41,308 nt of DNA from Candidatus Magasanikiibacteriota bacterium (GCA_042218035.1 JBDGRM010000022.1:1-41308), one strand, 5' to 3'; numbered from the stretch's first letter, positions 9,067-18,327 are shown. The notes: a model not told the origin generated them from the letters alone. Numbers and translations are program-made.

Positions 9067-9298
9067 CTATATTCAACAAGTCTCTCCATCTGGAGAGCCT
9101 TGTTTAATTTTGAGCGTGCTCGTTGTGGCTGGATTCGAATGCAAAAGGGGTCGGAAAAAGTCATTTTTCCCGTGTTGGAAAGCAGGGAGGAGTTTTGCGA
9201 CGACCGCCGAACACCGTCGGTGTAGGGAATCGAACAAAGCCCTGAACCGTATGGTTTGGGTCAAAGTGAGCGACGTTTGATTCCAGGCCCGGCAGCCA
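9053..9298 (+). repeat. 15-bp direct repeat of the tRNA-Gln 3' end (att-like) bracketing a ~214-bp GC-richer insert
   Basis: TCCAGGCCCGGCAGC at 9053-9067 and 9282-9296; the second copy continues into CCA. Confidence 0.8.
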
Positions 9299-9508
9299 CG
9301 TAAAGAGAATTTCTGCGAAATTATCCACGTGGCAAGCTATTGCGAGCCACGTCCAAAAAGTTAAAAAATTTTTTGGGTTTAGGTGAGTCCCGTGATGAAC
9401 TGCAAAGCAGTTCGTTTTACGAGGCCGTTTAGTATACTTTTCTAATAACGAGAAACGTCGGAAAACCGTGGGATATGACAAGAGTTTGTAACTTCAGGTC
9501 CAACAGTA

Positions 9509-9523
9509 CTTCGACAAGCTCAG
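9509..9523 (+). repeat. short REP-like element CTTCGACAAGCTCAG
   Basis: Related palindromic copy at 34955-34974; I recall this motif as a dispersed intergenic repeat in several bacterial groups. Confidence 0.45.
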
Positions 9524-9566
9524 TGCAGGTGCCTCGATTGAATTTACAAACCCAAAAAATAAATCA

Positions 9567-9600
9567 CCCTTCAGTGAGAATCCACTGAAGGGCTTTTCTT
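9567..9600. terminator. intrinsic terminator hairpin
   Basis: CCCTTCAGTG-AGAATC-CACTGAAGGG followed by CTTTTCTTTT; lies just past the stop of the minus-strand ORF. Confidence 0.7.
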
Positions 9601-9601
9601 T

Positions 9602-10000
9602 TCATATATTTTTAGAATCTTCTACAAGTTCTTCAATAAGTTTTGAAGTTGTTTTATATATTTCTTCTATTCTTTCTTCAGGCTCCAGTGACATCTTTAC
9701 ATCCTGCAGAGTTATAGATAATGCCTTAAGCATCTTTGTTTCGTTAGGGCTCCCTTCAATTTTTTCAGTTTCTCTGGCTTTGAATCCTATTAAAAATTTA
9801 GCATAGGAGTCTATCATTTTTTCAGCTACCCTAACACTGCTGTCAATAATTTCACCAAAACAGCTCTTCATTATCTTAAATTCTTCCTCTTTGAGTTCCT
9901 GCTTTAAGTTTTGACTAATCTCCTTTTTTGCTTTTTCAGACTTTTCTTGGAGCTTTTCCTTCCTGTCCTTTGCTGTAGCTAGACGTGTTCCGAATTCCAT
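9602..10000 (-). CDS. hypothetical helical protein (ATG at 10000; TTG at 10006 possible)
   Basis: Open frame with K/E-rich composition like neighbouring genes, terminator at its 3' end; no recognised motif. Confidence 0.65.
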   Translation of the reverse strand: MEFGTRLATAKDRKEKLQEKSEKAKKEISQNLKQELKEEEFKIMKSCFGEIIDSSVRVAEKMIDSYAKFLIGFKARETEKIEGSPNETKMLKALSITLQDVKMSLEPEERIEEIYKTTSKLIEELVEDSKNI

Positions 10001-10177
10001 AGGCAATCTTAGGCTGTGAAAAAGATTTTTGAATTGCTAACTTTATAAAAATAAAAATAATGTATAGTGTCAAACAATTTTTTAGAAAACCTAAAAAAGA
10101 CTCTTTAAACTTCCAAGCCTAATTATTATTTGTTAAATTTTAATTACACCAGCTCTTGAAAAAGTGAATACCGCTTT

Positions 10178-10477
10178 ATGTATGACTTCGTATCCTGCGA
10201 AGTTATAGAGCAGAATAAAGTGATACCTATAAGAGAGAGTGAAAGAGGTGTTATTTTAAGATCCGTCAAAGAAGAAGAATTTTACTTTATTGTGGACAAA
10301 AGCCTAACAAGGATTAGTAGAGAGCCCGAAGGCACTGAGAGGGTCAATGGTGAAGTAATGATTGACCGAATTCTAAAAAAGAACGAAAATAGTCTGCTTG
10401 TTAGACCCAGGCATAAAGAAGCTTTTACCTCTAGAGCAGTTTGGATGCCGAAAGAGAAAGTTAATTCTTCAGGTTAA
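10178..10477 (+). CDS. hypothetical protein (99 aa, beta-rich)
   Basis: ATG-started ORF followed directly by a strong terminator. Confidence 0.6.
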   Translation: MYDFVSCEVIEQNKVIPIRESERGVILRSVKEEEFYFIVDKSLTRISREPEGTERVNGEVMIDRILKKNENSLLVRPRHKEAFTSRAVWMPKEKVNSSG

Positions 10478-10491
10478 AACCTACTTATTCT

Positions 10492-10526
10492 GTCCCGCCG
10501 CCGTTATGGTGGCGGGCTTTTCTTTT
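10492..10526 (+). terminator. intrinsic terminator
   Basis: GTCCCGCCGCC-GTTAT-GGTGGCGGGC-TTTTCTTTT. Confidence 0.8.
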
Positions 10527-10565
10527 GATACAATTATTTTTAGAGAAAGTGATTATTTTTTAAAT

Positions 10566-13500
10566 ATGCCCTTCGGTAATTTTGAAGACCAAAAAAAAGA
10601 AAATAAAGAAACCCAAGATAAAGAAGGTTTTGGTGAACAAGAAGCCAAAACCTTAGATCAGAAATTTTTTGATTTAGGTCCATATGAAACTCCTGAAAAT
10701 AGCGAGTACGAAGAGATTTCAGAAATAGAGTCCGCAGTAGGAAATATCTCCCTTCAACAGCATTTAATTGAAGAAATAGACAAGAGAACTAAAAAAAGAA
10801 TAGAGAAAGAAGTTGATCGTCTTGAAAATGCTTCCCTGGATGAATTATACGAAAAAGCAATAGACCTTAAAAACAGGTTAGCTGAACTGAAAGAGAAAAA
10901 CAATGAAATCAAAGAAAATCATGATCTGGCTGAATTCGAAACAGGAACTTATAGAACTAAAGAAGCTCCGACTGAATTGAAATTTGACCTGGAAGGACCT
11001 GAAGATATTAAAAAGCTTGGTAGATTGCAAGAGGCAATCAACCTCAAGTTCGGAGATTTATACGAAGAGTCTGAATACAAAGAAGGACTACTTTCAGAAC
11101 TGAAAGATATAATAAAAGATCGCCGGCTTCAAAGAGAAGGTTTTGAGAATGAAGAGGATCTAAGAGAAAAAATAAAAAAGCTGAGTGATGAAAGGTTCGA
11201 TTTGCGATTTGATATACGAGATCTAGAAAAGAACAAATCTTTTTTGGAGAAGTTAGGACTGGTAGAAAACCAGGAAAGATTAAAAAAACTTTCCGACAAA
11301 GAAGAGCGCTTTGAAAAAGTTAAAAGTAAAATAGATAAACTGAAAAATATAGAAGATTCTAAAATTCCTCATCCAGAAGGAGGTGTTATTGAATTTGACT
11401 CTAGTTATAGGAACACCCCGAGCACTTTTTTTGTTAAGCATAAGATGATTGAAAACACTAATGACGTTGTAAAAAATAAAATTTCTGATTTTTTTAATAA
11501 AAAACTAGAAAACTTAGCTGAAAAAGACATCTCTGAAATAGACACTAAAAATATAGAAAACAAAATAAATAATATAAAGGATAAGTATCTCGATGATTTA
11601 ATTTCTGAAATTATAAAAGATGAAACATTTTCCGAAGAGAACATTGAGTTGATCCAAAATTACAAAAATTGGCTAAAAAAGGTTTCAAAAAATTACATGG
11701 ATGATTTTGAAGTTGAGAAAGAAAGGCTTCCTGAAAATATAAAGAAGAAGGAGTTTGATCGATTTTGGGACCTTCATACATTTGTCCGCCAAAAGACACA
11801 AGAGTTTTTTGAAGAAGAGTCTTCAGCTATTAAAATATCTAATCTTGAAAAACTTCTTGATAAAATAAAAAGCTTTCAAAAACATCCTTACAGAAGGAAT
11901 ATACAAGAGAAGGTAGAAAAAATAATGACTCTATCACCTCTTCTTGAAGAGACTAAGAAAAACGTTAAATATCAAGAAGCTGCTGAAGAAATAGGATTAA
12001 GTAATAAATTAGAAAGCAAACATTATAGAAAAATGGCAAGAGAGATAGGAAATATAAGGAAATTCCACTCTAATATTTACGATATCAATAAAACGCTTAC
12101 AAAGAATATAGATATGGACTTTTGGTTGAAAGTTAGAAATATGAAATCATTCAAGAGCTTTATGAAGCAAGAAAATATTGATTTAAGATTTGTCAACAAT
12201 GCTATAGAACGAGGTTACTTTTATAATCAAATTATTGATGACAATGGTTCTGAGTATCACTTAAAGCGCGTACTAAAATTTTCCAATCCGGAACTTGTCC
12301 CTATGACAGCACTGGAGATTTGGAGCAAATTTGGAGAAGATGCTGAAGAAATACCTAAGGAAATAGAATCTAAACTTGAAAGTTATCAAGAATACATAAA
12401 ACAGAAAGACTTCAGCCATCTTTCTGAAAAAAAGAAGAGAGTTGTAAATATTCTAGAAAAAAATAATGATATAGAAAGCTTCCTCGATGTATTTAATTCA
12501 CCACAAGGATCTGGAATTGCAGAAGACTTACTTACTGATATGTACGAACGAGGCAATAATATGGAGCAAGATTTTGTAGAAAAATTCATCAAAAGATTTT
12601 CTTTTGGTTTAGATAAACTTTCTGATTTTTGTCTTAAACAAATTGAGAAGGATAGCCATATCTCTAATAGGATATTAAAGAATAAAATTCGTTACCCTGA
12701 GAATTCGGGAACATTTCACTGGGTTATGAATGAGGCAGAAGACTGGTTGAAGCAACGAAGAGATATTTTTGAGTCATTTATGGCAGGTTTATACAAAGTA
12801 GCTGACAATTTAGAAAAAGATGATAAAGACAAAGCCCTAAACATACTATTGGAAAAAGTTGGAAATGTAGTTGATTCAATAAGCACTTACAGTAATCTGA
12901 CAAACCTTGAAAGATTTATAGAAAGTTTTTCTGACAAAGAACAAGAAATGATTGTAAACAAAATTATAAGAAAAGGCATTAAAAAGGAACCTGACAATCC
13001 TAAAGGTTTAATACAGCTAGCAGATAAAAAAATTTCTTACATGGATGAAAAAACTAAAGAAAAAATGGTTGATGTTATTGAAGGAAATGAAGACATTGTA
13101 GTAAATCATAGTTTGATCAATAGTTTTTTAAGCCTATACGAAAACACAGATAAAGACAAAAGATTTGAAATTAGAGATAAAATATTTGAACTTGGAATAC
13201 AGGAAAAACCCGGGCTTTTCAAACAGCTTTATACTCAAGATAACTTTCCTTTTTCTGAAGAGCAGTTAAAAATAATGGAAATTATGAACAAGATTTGGAA
13301 TTCGCCCTCGAAGAGCATGAAAAACCTCGGAATAGAATTAGCTGAACAGATTACCAGCAAAGTTGATATATATGATACTAAGGCTTTAGAAGAAGCTTAC
13401 CAAGAAATTGAGGACATCTTCGTTAAGAACAATATACCTTTTGTTGGTAAACAATATAAGGTTTTTGAGGTTCTAAACCCTGACAAGAGACTTGAAAAAA

Positions 13501-15416
13501 CTAATTTCGGAAGCCCGATACTTTCAGAAAAAAGCAATAACAAGAGGCGACTTATCATTTTTAAAGATCTCTTAAAGGGCAATATTGAAAGCCTTAACAG
13601 GGACCTTGAAAAATATGCTCAAGTTATCGCTGAAGGTCAGGAAGTTTTGGACAAATATGAGCAAGGAGTAGAGTTATCTGCTGCGGAAACAAAAGATTTA
13701 GAGAGCCTATTGATAAAAATTGAAACGCTTTCAGAAAATATTCAGCAAGTAAAGGGTTTTGAGGATGTAGATTTTAAGAACCTTGATATAGATAAAAACA
13801 TAAAAGCTTTAAGAAAAAACTTTAAAGTCCAAGATGATGAAACTATATCAGAAAAGTTTAGCAGAACTTTTATACAAAGATCGAGAGTTTCTGGTCTTGA
13901 AAATTTGAGTGACTTGATAAAATTCTATGATGACCATCGTAAAAAAGTTACGAAGAGAAATAGGCAGAATATAGAAAATGGCAGTTTTAATCTAGAAGAG
14001 AAAGATCTTGCAAAAGGGGTTCAGCTTAGATTTTTTCATAAGCAAATAAATAGAGGGTTTTATTCGCCTGAGTTTGTCGGAGCTGAAACAGAAAAAGCTA
14101 AAAAAACAGTTGAAACTGGAGACCAAACCCCTTTCGACAGTGATGTAATAGAGGTGGGTGAGAGAGATTTGAATACTGTCGTTAAAGAATCACGAGTTAA
14201 AAATTATGGTGATATAACTCTTTTTATTAAAGATAGAAACCAGTTTAACAGAACCGACCAAGAAAAAGCTGAATTAAGTGAAGACAAATTGGAGCTCTTT
14301 AGTTTGGGGAGAGATCATCGAGGAATCAGAACTGGATTTGGCTCTTCACAAATAGATGCCCTAGCAGTTAGTGAAAATTTGCAAAAACAAGAAGAAAGGC
14401 TAGACTCAATTAAATTCTCTATTGCAAGGCAAGGATTTTATATACCAATCACGGATGAAACAGGGGAAGTTATTTTTGATTATGAAGAATTTGAAGAGTA
14501 CAGAGACATATTTTCTGGTATCGAAAGGTATCACGGCGGAGAAATTGAGCTTTCAAGTGAGTGGAAGGGCTCTGATTATGCTTCTCAAATTGAAAATATT
14601 GCTCAAACCGAAGAAAACATAGAGAAAATAGAAAACCTTCGTGACGATTTATATAAAGACATAGAAAAAGCTCTAAATGAAGTCGGAATTGAATTAACCA
14701 AAGGCAGAAATAAAGATTCTCTTATAGGGGCCCACATTATCGATACCGGTTCCACTGGTAGAGGCACCGCTTTGGATATTGAAGATGGGGTGGATTTTGA
14801 CTTTGTAGTCAAACTCAATGATAGAGATTATGAAAAATTTGAACAAGTAGGAGATAAACTCGAAGAAAAATACCCTCTCGACGATGATTACCCTCAAGAC
14901 AATATGCACATGTATCGATTTTTAGAATTCGAACACGAAGAAACAAAAAAGAAAATCAGCTTGGATGTAGGGTTTGTAAAAAGATCTGAATACCAAACTT
15001 TGGATGCTCAAGAAGCTGTATCTCAGAAGTACGATTCAATCAAGGGAAATTACGGAAAAGAAAAATGGCTGGAGGTTCTTTCGAATGTTCGATTTGCCAA
15101 GAAAAAACTTAAAGAGGCTGAATGTTATAAACCTAGTCACAAAGAGGGTGGCCTGGGTGGTATAGGAGTTGAGAATTGGGTTCTCAAGAATGGTGGAGAT
15201 GTCATAAAGGCCTTTAAGGAATTTTATAAAAACTCTTTCAATGAAGACGGAGAAATAATCCCATTCGAAAAGTTTAAGGAGAATTACAAAATTTTCAGCG
15301 CGGGAGAGAATATAAGAGGAAATGAGATAGCTGAGAATTTTGTTGAAGGTAACATGACCAGGTCAGGTTACAAAAAAATGGCAAAACTATCCGAGAAAAT
15401 TGCAAAAAACTCATAA
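10566..15416 (+). CDS. giant (~1616 aa) multidomain protein: coiled-coil/helical N-terminus, possible ART-like domain, C-terminal Pol-beta (class I) nucleotidyltransferase
   Basis: Start moved to ATG 10566 (MPFGNFE...) because the 10398 extension overlaps the previous ORF and a terminator; C-terminus has DTGSTGRGT...DFDFVV, SLDVGF, VRFAKKKLK...GGLGGIGVENWVL. Confidence 0.8.
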   Translation: MPFGNFEDQKKENKETQDKEGFGEQEAKTLDQKFFDLGPYETPENSEYEEISEIESAVGNISLQQHLIEEIDKRTKKRIEKEVDRLENASLDELYEKAIDLKNRLAELKEKNNEIKENHDLAEFETGTYRTKEAPTELKFDLEGPEDIKKLGRLQEAINLKFGDLYEESEYKEGLLSELKDIIKDRRLQREGFENEEDLREKIKKLSDERFDLRFDIRDLEKNKSFLEKLGLVENQERLKKLSDKEERFEKVKSKIDKLKNIEDSKIPHPEGGVIEFDSSYRNTPSTFFVKHKMIENTNDVVKNKISDFFNKKLENLAEKDISEIDTKNIENKINNIKDKYLDDLISEIIKDETFSEENIELIQNYKNWLKKVSKNYMDDFEVEKERLPENIKKKEFDRFWDLHTFVRQKTQEFFEEESSAIKISNLEKLLDKIKSFQKHPYRRNIQEKVEKIMTLSPLLEETKKNVKYQEAAEEIGLSNKLESKHYRKMAREIGNIRKFHSNIYDINKTLTKNIDMDFWLKVRNMKSFKSFMKQENIDLRFVNNAIERGYFYNQIIDDNGSEYHLKRVLKFSNPELVPMTALEIWSKFGEDAEEIPKEIESKLESYQEYIKQKDFSHLSEKKKRVVNILEKNNDIESFLDVFNSPQGSGIAEDLLTDMYERGNNMEQDFVEKFIKRFSFGLDKLSDFCLKQIEKDSHISNRILKNKIRYPENSGTFHWVMNEAEDWLKQRRDIFESFMAGLYKVADNLEKDDKDKALNILLEKVGNVVDSISTYSNLTNLERFIESFSDKEQEMIVNKIIRKGIKKEPDNPKGLIQLADKKISYMDEKTKEKMVDVIEGNEDIVVNHSLINSFLSLYENTDKDKRFEIRDKIFELGIQEKPGLFKQLYTQDNFPFSEEQLKIMEIMNKIWNSPSKSMKNLGIELAEQITSKVDIYDTKALEEAYQEIEDIFVKNNIPFVGKQYKVFEVLNPDKRLEKTNFGSPILSEKSNNKRRLIIFKDLLKGNIESLNRDLEKYAQVIAEGQEVLDKYEQGVELSAAETKDLESLLIKIETLSENIQQVKGFEDVDFKNLDIDKNIKALRKNFKVQDDETISEKFSRTFIQRSRVSGLENLSDLIKFYDDHRKKVTKRNRQNIENGSFNLEEKDLAKGVQLRFFHKQINRGFYSPEFVGAETEKAKKTVETGDQTPFDSDVIEVGERDLNTVVKESRVKNYGDITLFIKDRNQFNRTDQEKAELSEDKLELFSLGRDHRGIRTGFGSSQIDALAVSENLQKQEERLDSIKFSIARQGFYIPITDETGEVIFDYEEFEEYRDIFSGIERYHGGEIELSSEWKGSDYASQIENIAQTEENIEKIENLRDDLYKDIEKALNEVGIELTKGRNKDSLIGAHIIDTGSTGRGTALDIEDGVDFDFVVKLNDRDYEKFEQVGDKLEEKYPLDDDYPQDNMHMYRFLEFEHEETKKKISLDVGFVKRSEYQTLDAQEAVSQKYDSIKGNYGKEKWLEVLSNVRFAKKKLKEAECYKPSHKEGGLGGIGVENWVLKNGGDVIKAFKEFYKNSFNEDGEIIPFEKFKENYKIFSAGENIRGNEIAENFVEGNMTRSGYKKMAKLSEKIAKNS

Positions 15417-15421
15417 GCAAG

Positions 15422-15451
15422 TTGCCTTTTAACCTGAATTAACCCTATACT
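15422..15451 (+). promoter_or_regulatory. sigma70 promoter giving a nearly leaderless yqeY mRNA
   Basis: TTGCCT-N18-TATACT, with 9 nt between the -10 and the ATG. Confidence 0.5.
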
Positions 15452-15460
15452 AAAAACACT

Positions 15461-15910
15461 ATGAATAAAATACAAAAACAACTTAAAAGAGATTTAAAAG
15501 AGTCTATGAAAAAAGGTAAAGATAGTCGAGTTCCGACTATTAGAGATATGTTGGACGGCTTGCGCGCAAAATCAAAAGAAACAGAGGGAGACTTGAGCGA
15601 AGAAAAAGCTCAAAAAGTTTTAAAAAGAAAAGCAAAACAGAGAAGAGACTCAATTGAAAGCTTTGAAGAGGGCGAGAGAGAAGATTTAGCAGAAAAAGAA
15701 AAGAAAGAATTAGAAATTATTGAAGAATACCTTCCAGAGCAATTGGATAATAATGAGTTAGAAAATATAATTGAAAAAATTATTGAAGAGGTTGGGGCTG
15801 TCGACATGAGTGATATGGGCTCTGTTATGGGTCGAGCTATGGAAGAAGTTGGGGTTCGGGCTGAAGGAGGCAGAGTAAAAGAAATGGTCAAGTCAAAACT
15901 TTCCAGCTAA
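15461..15910 (+). CDS. yqeY: GatB/YqeY domain protein
   Basis: KQRRDSIESF...REDLAEKE..ELEIIEEYLPEQL, DMGSVMG. Confidence 0.92.
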   Translation: MNKIQKQLKRDLKESMKKGKDSRVPTIRDMLDGLRAKSKETEGDLSEEKAQKVLKRKAKQRRDSIESFEEGEREDLAEKEKKELEIIEEYLPEQLDNNELENIIEKIIEEVGAVDMSDMGSVMGRAMEEVGVRAEGGRVKEMVKSKLSS

Positions 15911-15965
15911 TAAAAGAAGTTAGCAAAGTCCCGAAGCCGGAACTTTGTGACATAAGGCATTTACA

Positions 15966-16853
15966 ATGGATAAGTTTAATAATTTTCATAATTATATATT
16001 TTTCGGCACTCCGAAATTTGCAGAGATTATTTTAGAAAAACTCATAGAAAATAATTTATCGCCGAGAGTAATAGTATGCAATCCCGACAGACCTGCGGGA
16101 CGCTCTCAAGAATTAAAACCTCCTGCAACGAAAAAAATAGCTCAAGAGTATGACATAAAAACATACCAGCCTGAAAATCTTACGTTGGAGGGTCTCAAAC
16201 AAAACATACCAGAGAACGTTAAAATAGCTCTATTAGCTGCATATGGCCAGATAGTTTCAAGAGATATAATCGAGTATTTTCCGGAAGGGATTATTGGTAT
16301 TCATCCCTCACTTTTGCCTAAATACAGAGGTCCAACTCCTATCAGAACCCCTTTGTTAGAAGGGGAAAACAAAACTGGAACTACTCTATTTTTAATGGAC
16401 GAAAAACTGGATCACGGTCCCATTATTAGCCAGAAAAAAATAAGGATAGAACCTCGGGAGACTTATAAGTCCCTACATAATAAGCTTGCTAAGTTGAGTG
16501 CTGAGTTAATAATAGAAACCTTACCAAAATATCTTGCAGGTAAAGTTAAGCCAAAAGCCCAAAACCACAAATCAGCTACGAAAACCTCTTTTTTTAATAC
16601 TGATGACGGAAAGGTTGAATTCGATGACTTAGTAACGGCCCTAAACGGGAATAAGAAGCTTTCTAAAGAAATTGATAGAAAAATAAGAAGCCTTAACCCT
16701 CGCCCGGGAGTATGGACCAAAACGAAGGATAGAGAAGTTTTAAATTTACCCAAACACAAAAGGGTTAAACTTCTTGAATCCCATTTAGAGGAAGATAAAT
16801 TAGTTCTAGATAAAATTCATGTTGCCGGAAAACCGGAACCAAGAGAACCCTGA
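15966..16853 (+). CDS. fmt: methionyl-tRNA formyltransferase
   Basis: FFGTPKFA, PDRPAGR, AAYGQI, HPSLLPKYRGPTP, LDHGPI. Confidence 0.93.
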   Translation: MDKFNNFHNYIFFGTPKFAEIILEKLIENNLSPRVIVCNPDRPAGRSQELKPPATKKIAQEYDIKTYQPENLTLEGLKQNIPENVKIALLAAYGQIVSRDIIEYFPEGIIGIHPSLLPKYRGPTPIRTPLLEGENKTGTTLFLMDEKLDHGPIISQKKIRIEPRETYKSLHNKLAKLSAELIIETLPKYLAGKVKPKAQNHKSATKTSFFNTDDGKVEFDDLVTALNGNKKLSKEIDRKIRSLNPRPGVWTKTKDREVLNLPKHKRVKLLESHLEEDKLVLDKIHVAGKPEPREP

Positions 16854-16854
16854 A

Positions 16855-17409
16855 TTAAATAGAGAAACCATCAATTTTTTTATATTGTGAGCCCTGTTTT
16901 GACAACTGCGATTCCATTAAGTGAACAGACTGAGGTTTAAAGGATACCTCTAACTCTTTGCTTATTTGAGGAAGGTTTGAAACTTTAGCCGGATCAAAAC
17001 GAGCCAAAGTAATATGGCCTTTATAAGAGCGATTATCTTTGTCCCACTTTAAACCTTGAGATTCTAAAACTTCTCTAACTTTACCTTTTATTGCACCCAT
17101 CTGATTAGATGTATCCTTGCTAGTAGTTGCCCAAATCATTCTTGGCTTAGAGTTGGGTGGAGCCCACATTATTTGATTCATATGTACCTTTACGGGCTCG
17201 ATATTTTGGGTTGCCTTTTCTAGGCCACTCTTGATTTTTTTTAGAGATTGTTTCGGCTGGTTCCCAAGAAACACAAGAGTAAAATGCCATTTTTTGGGTG
17301 GTTCATATCTTATTTTCTGCCCTCTTAATTTTGCTCGTACCGATTTTAAGCTTTTTGATATTTTTTCTTTTGCCTCCTCGTTTAGAGGAAGGGAGATAAA
17401 TAACCTCAT
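16855..17409 (-). CDS. thpR: RNA 2',3'-cyclic phosphodiesterase (2H family)
   Basis: MRLFISL, two HxT motifs (HFTLVFLG, HITLAR), PRMIW, LMESQL...Y. Confidence 0.92.
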   Translation of the reverse strand: MRLFISLPLNEEAKEKISKSLKSVRAKLRGQKIRYEPPKKWHFTLVFLGNQPKQSLKKIKSGLEKATQNIEPVKVHMNQIMWAPPNSKPRMIWATTSKDTSNQMGAIKGKVREVLESQGLKWDKDNRSYKGHITLARFDPAKVSNLPQISKELEVSFKPQSVHLMESQLSKQGSQYKKIDGFSI

Positions 17410-17411
17410 TT

Positions 17412-17936
17412 TTATTTATTTCTTTTTTGAAACTCTTTTAGTTCTTTGTCAGTAAGAACTTTATCTGCTTTGTCCGTAAATAAAATTCCATTGAGATGGT
17501 CTATTTCATGTTGAATGACTCTTGCTAATATTCCCCATGCACTCATGGTTTTTCTTTTTCCTTCTAGGGTTTCATGTTCAATTTTCACCTTTTTTGGCCG
17601 TTCAACTATTCCGTGTTTGTCAGGTATAGATAAACAACCCTCCATCATTTTTTTGGTTTCTTCAGATTTTTTTATTATTTCAGGGTTAAATATTGAATAA
17701 AACTTTGGCTTGTTATTTTCGTCTTTTATTTGAGCAACAAAAAACCTCTTTTCAAGACCCACTTGGTTTGCGCTAAGACCAACCCCGTCAGCTTTATTCA
17801 TAGTCCGCCTCATTTCTTTTACTGTATCTCGAATATTCTTTTTATCTTCCTTCGTAAGGCTGTCAGTATCAATTTTATTAGTTTTCTTTTTCAAGAATTT
17901 TTTGTTTTCTTCATTTGTGGTTTTAAGTATTTCCAT
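17412..17936 (-). CDS. def: peptide deformylase
   Basis: GVGLSANQVG, EGCLSIP, QHEIDHLNG. Confidence 0.95.
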   Translation of the reverse strand: MEILKTTNEENKKFLKKKTNKIDTDSLTKEDKKNIRDTVKEMRRTMNKADGVGLSANQVGLEKRFFVAQIKDENNKPKFYSIFNPEIIKKSEETKKMMEGCLSIPDKHGIVERPKKVKIEHETLEGKRKTMSAWGILARVIQHEIDHLNGILFTDKADKVLTDKELKEFQKRNK

Positions 17937-17944
17937 CTTTGTTT

Positions 17945-18235
17945 TTAAGTATTATCATCGCCCTTCTTTTTTTGGAGAAGTTTCATAAAATAAGCCCCTT
18001 TATTTTCTACGTTTGGTCTATCTGCAACATTTTTTGCTAAATCAATTAAAAAACTTTTTTCGTGCTGTTTGGCAAGCTTAATATAAAGAGACTTATGCTC
18101 TTCATCTTCTAATATTTTTGCCAAGTTAAGACCTGTTAGTTGGTAAGATTTAGTTACTCTTCCTTCCTCTTGACGTTCCTTTATTAATTTCAGATATTCA
18201 TCTTTGATGGATTTGTTATTTTCCTCACTCATCAT
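17945..18235 (-). CDS. hypothetical protein (~96 aa; start at 18235 or 18232)
   Basis: MMSEENN...YQLTGLNLAKILED..HKSLYIKLAK...NKGAYFM; the longer 18463 start overlaps ctpA; apparently co-transcribed with def-thpR. Confidence 0.75.
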   Translation of the reverse strand: MMSEENNKSIKDEYLKLIKERQEEGRVTKSYQLTGLNLAKILEDEEHKSLYIKLAKQHEKSFLIDLAKNVADRPNVENKGAYFMKLLQKKKGDDNT

Positions 18236-18327
18236 TCTATAGTATCTCAGCTTTATGGAGAAAGTAAAGCGTTTGCTCAATAGCTTATTATTGATTAATC
18301 TAATGTATTGTAAGAAGTTAAATTTTA

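Noticed and set aside
8943-9481. Several short ORFs over and after tRNA-Gln (8943-9164, 8995-9225, 9073-9264, 9161-9481)
   Set aside because: They overlap a tRNA and a GC-richer structured region where stops are rarer; no protein-like motifs
10398-10565. N-terminal extension of the giant ORF in the ORF track
   Set aside because: Non-ATG start, overlaps the 99-aa ORF and runs through a terminator; composition changes at ATG 10566
10178-15910. Calling the NTase locus a CBASS operon
   Set aside because: No recognisable Cap effector, Cap2/3 or HORMA/TRIP13 gene nearby; the downstream yqeY is housekeeping with its own promoter
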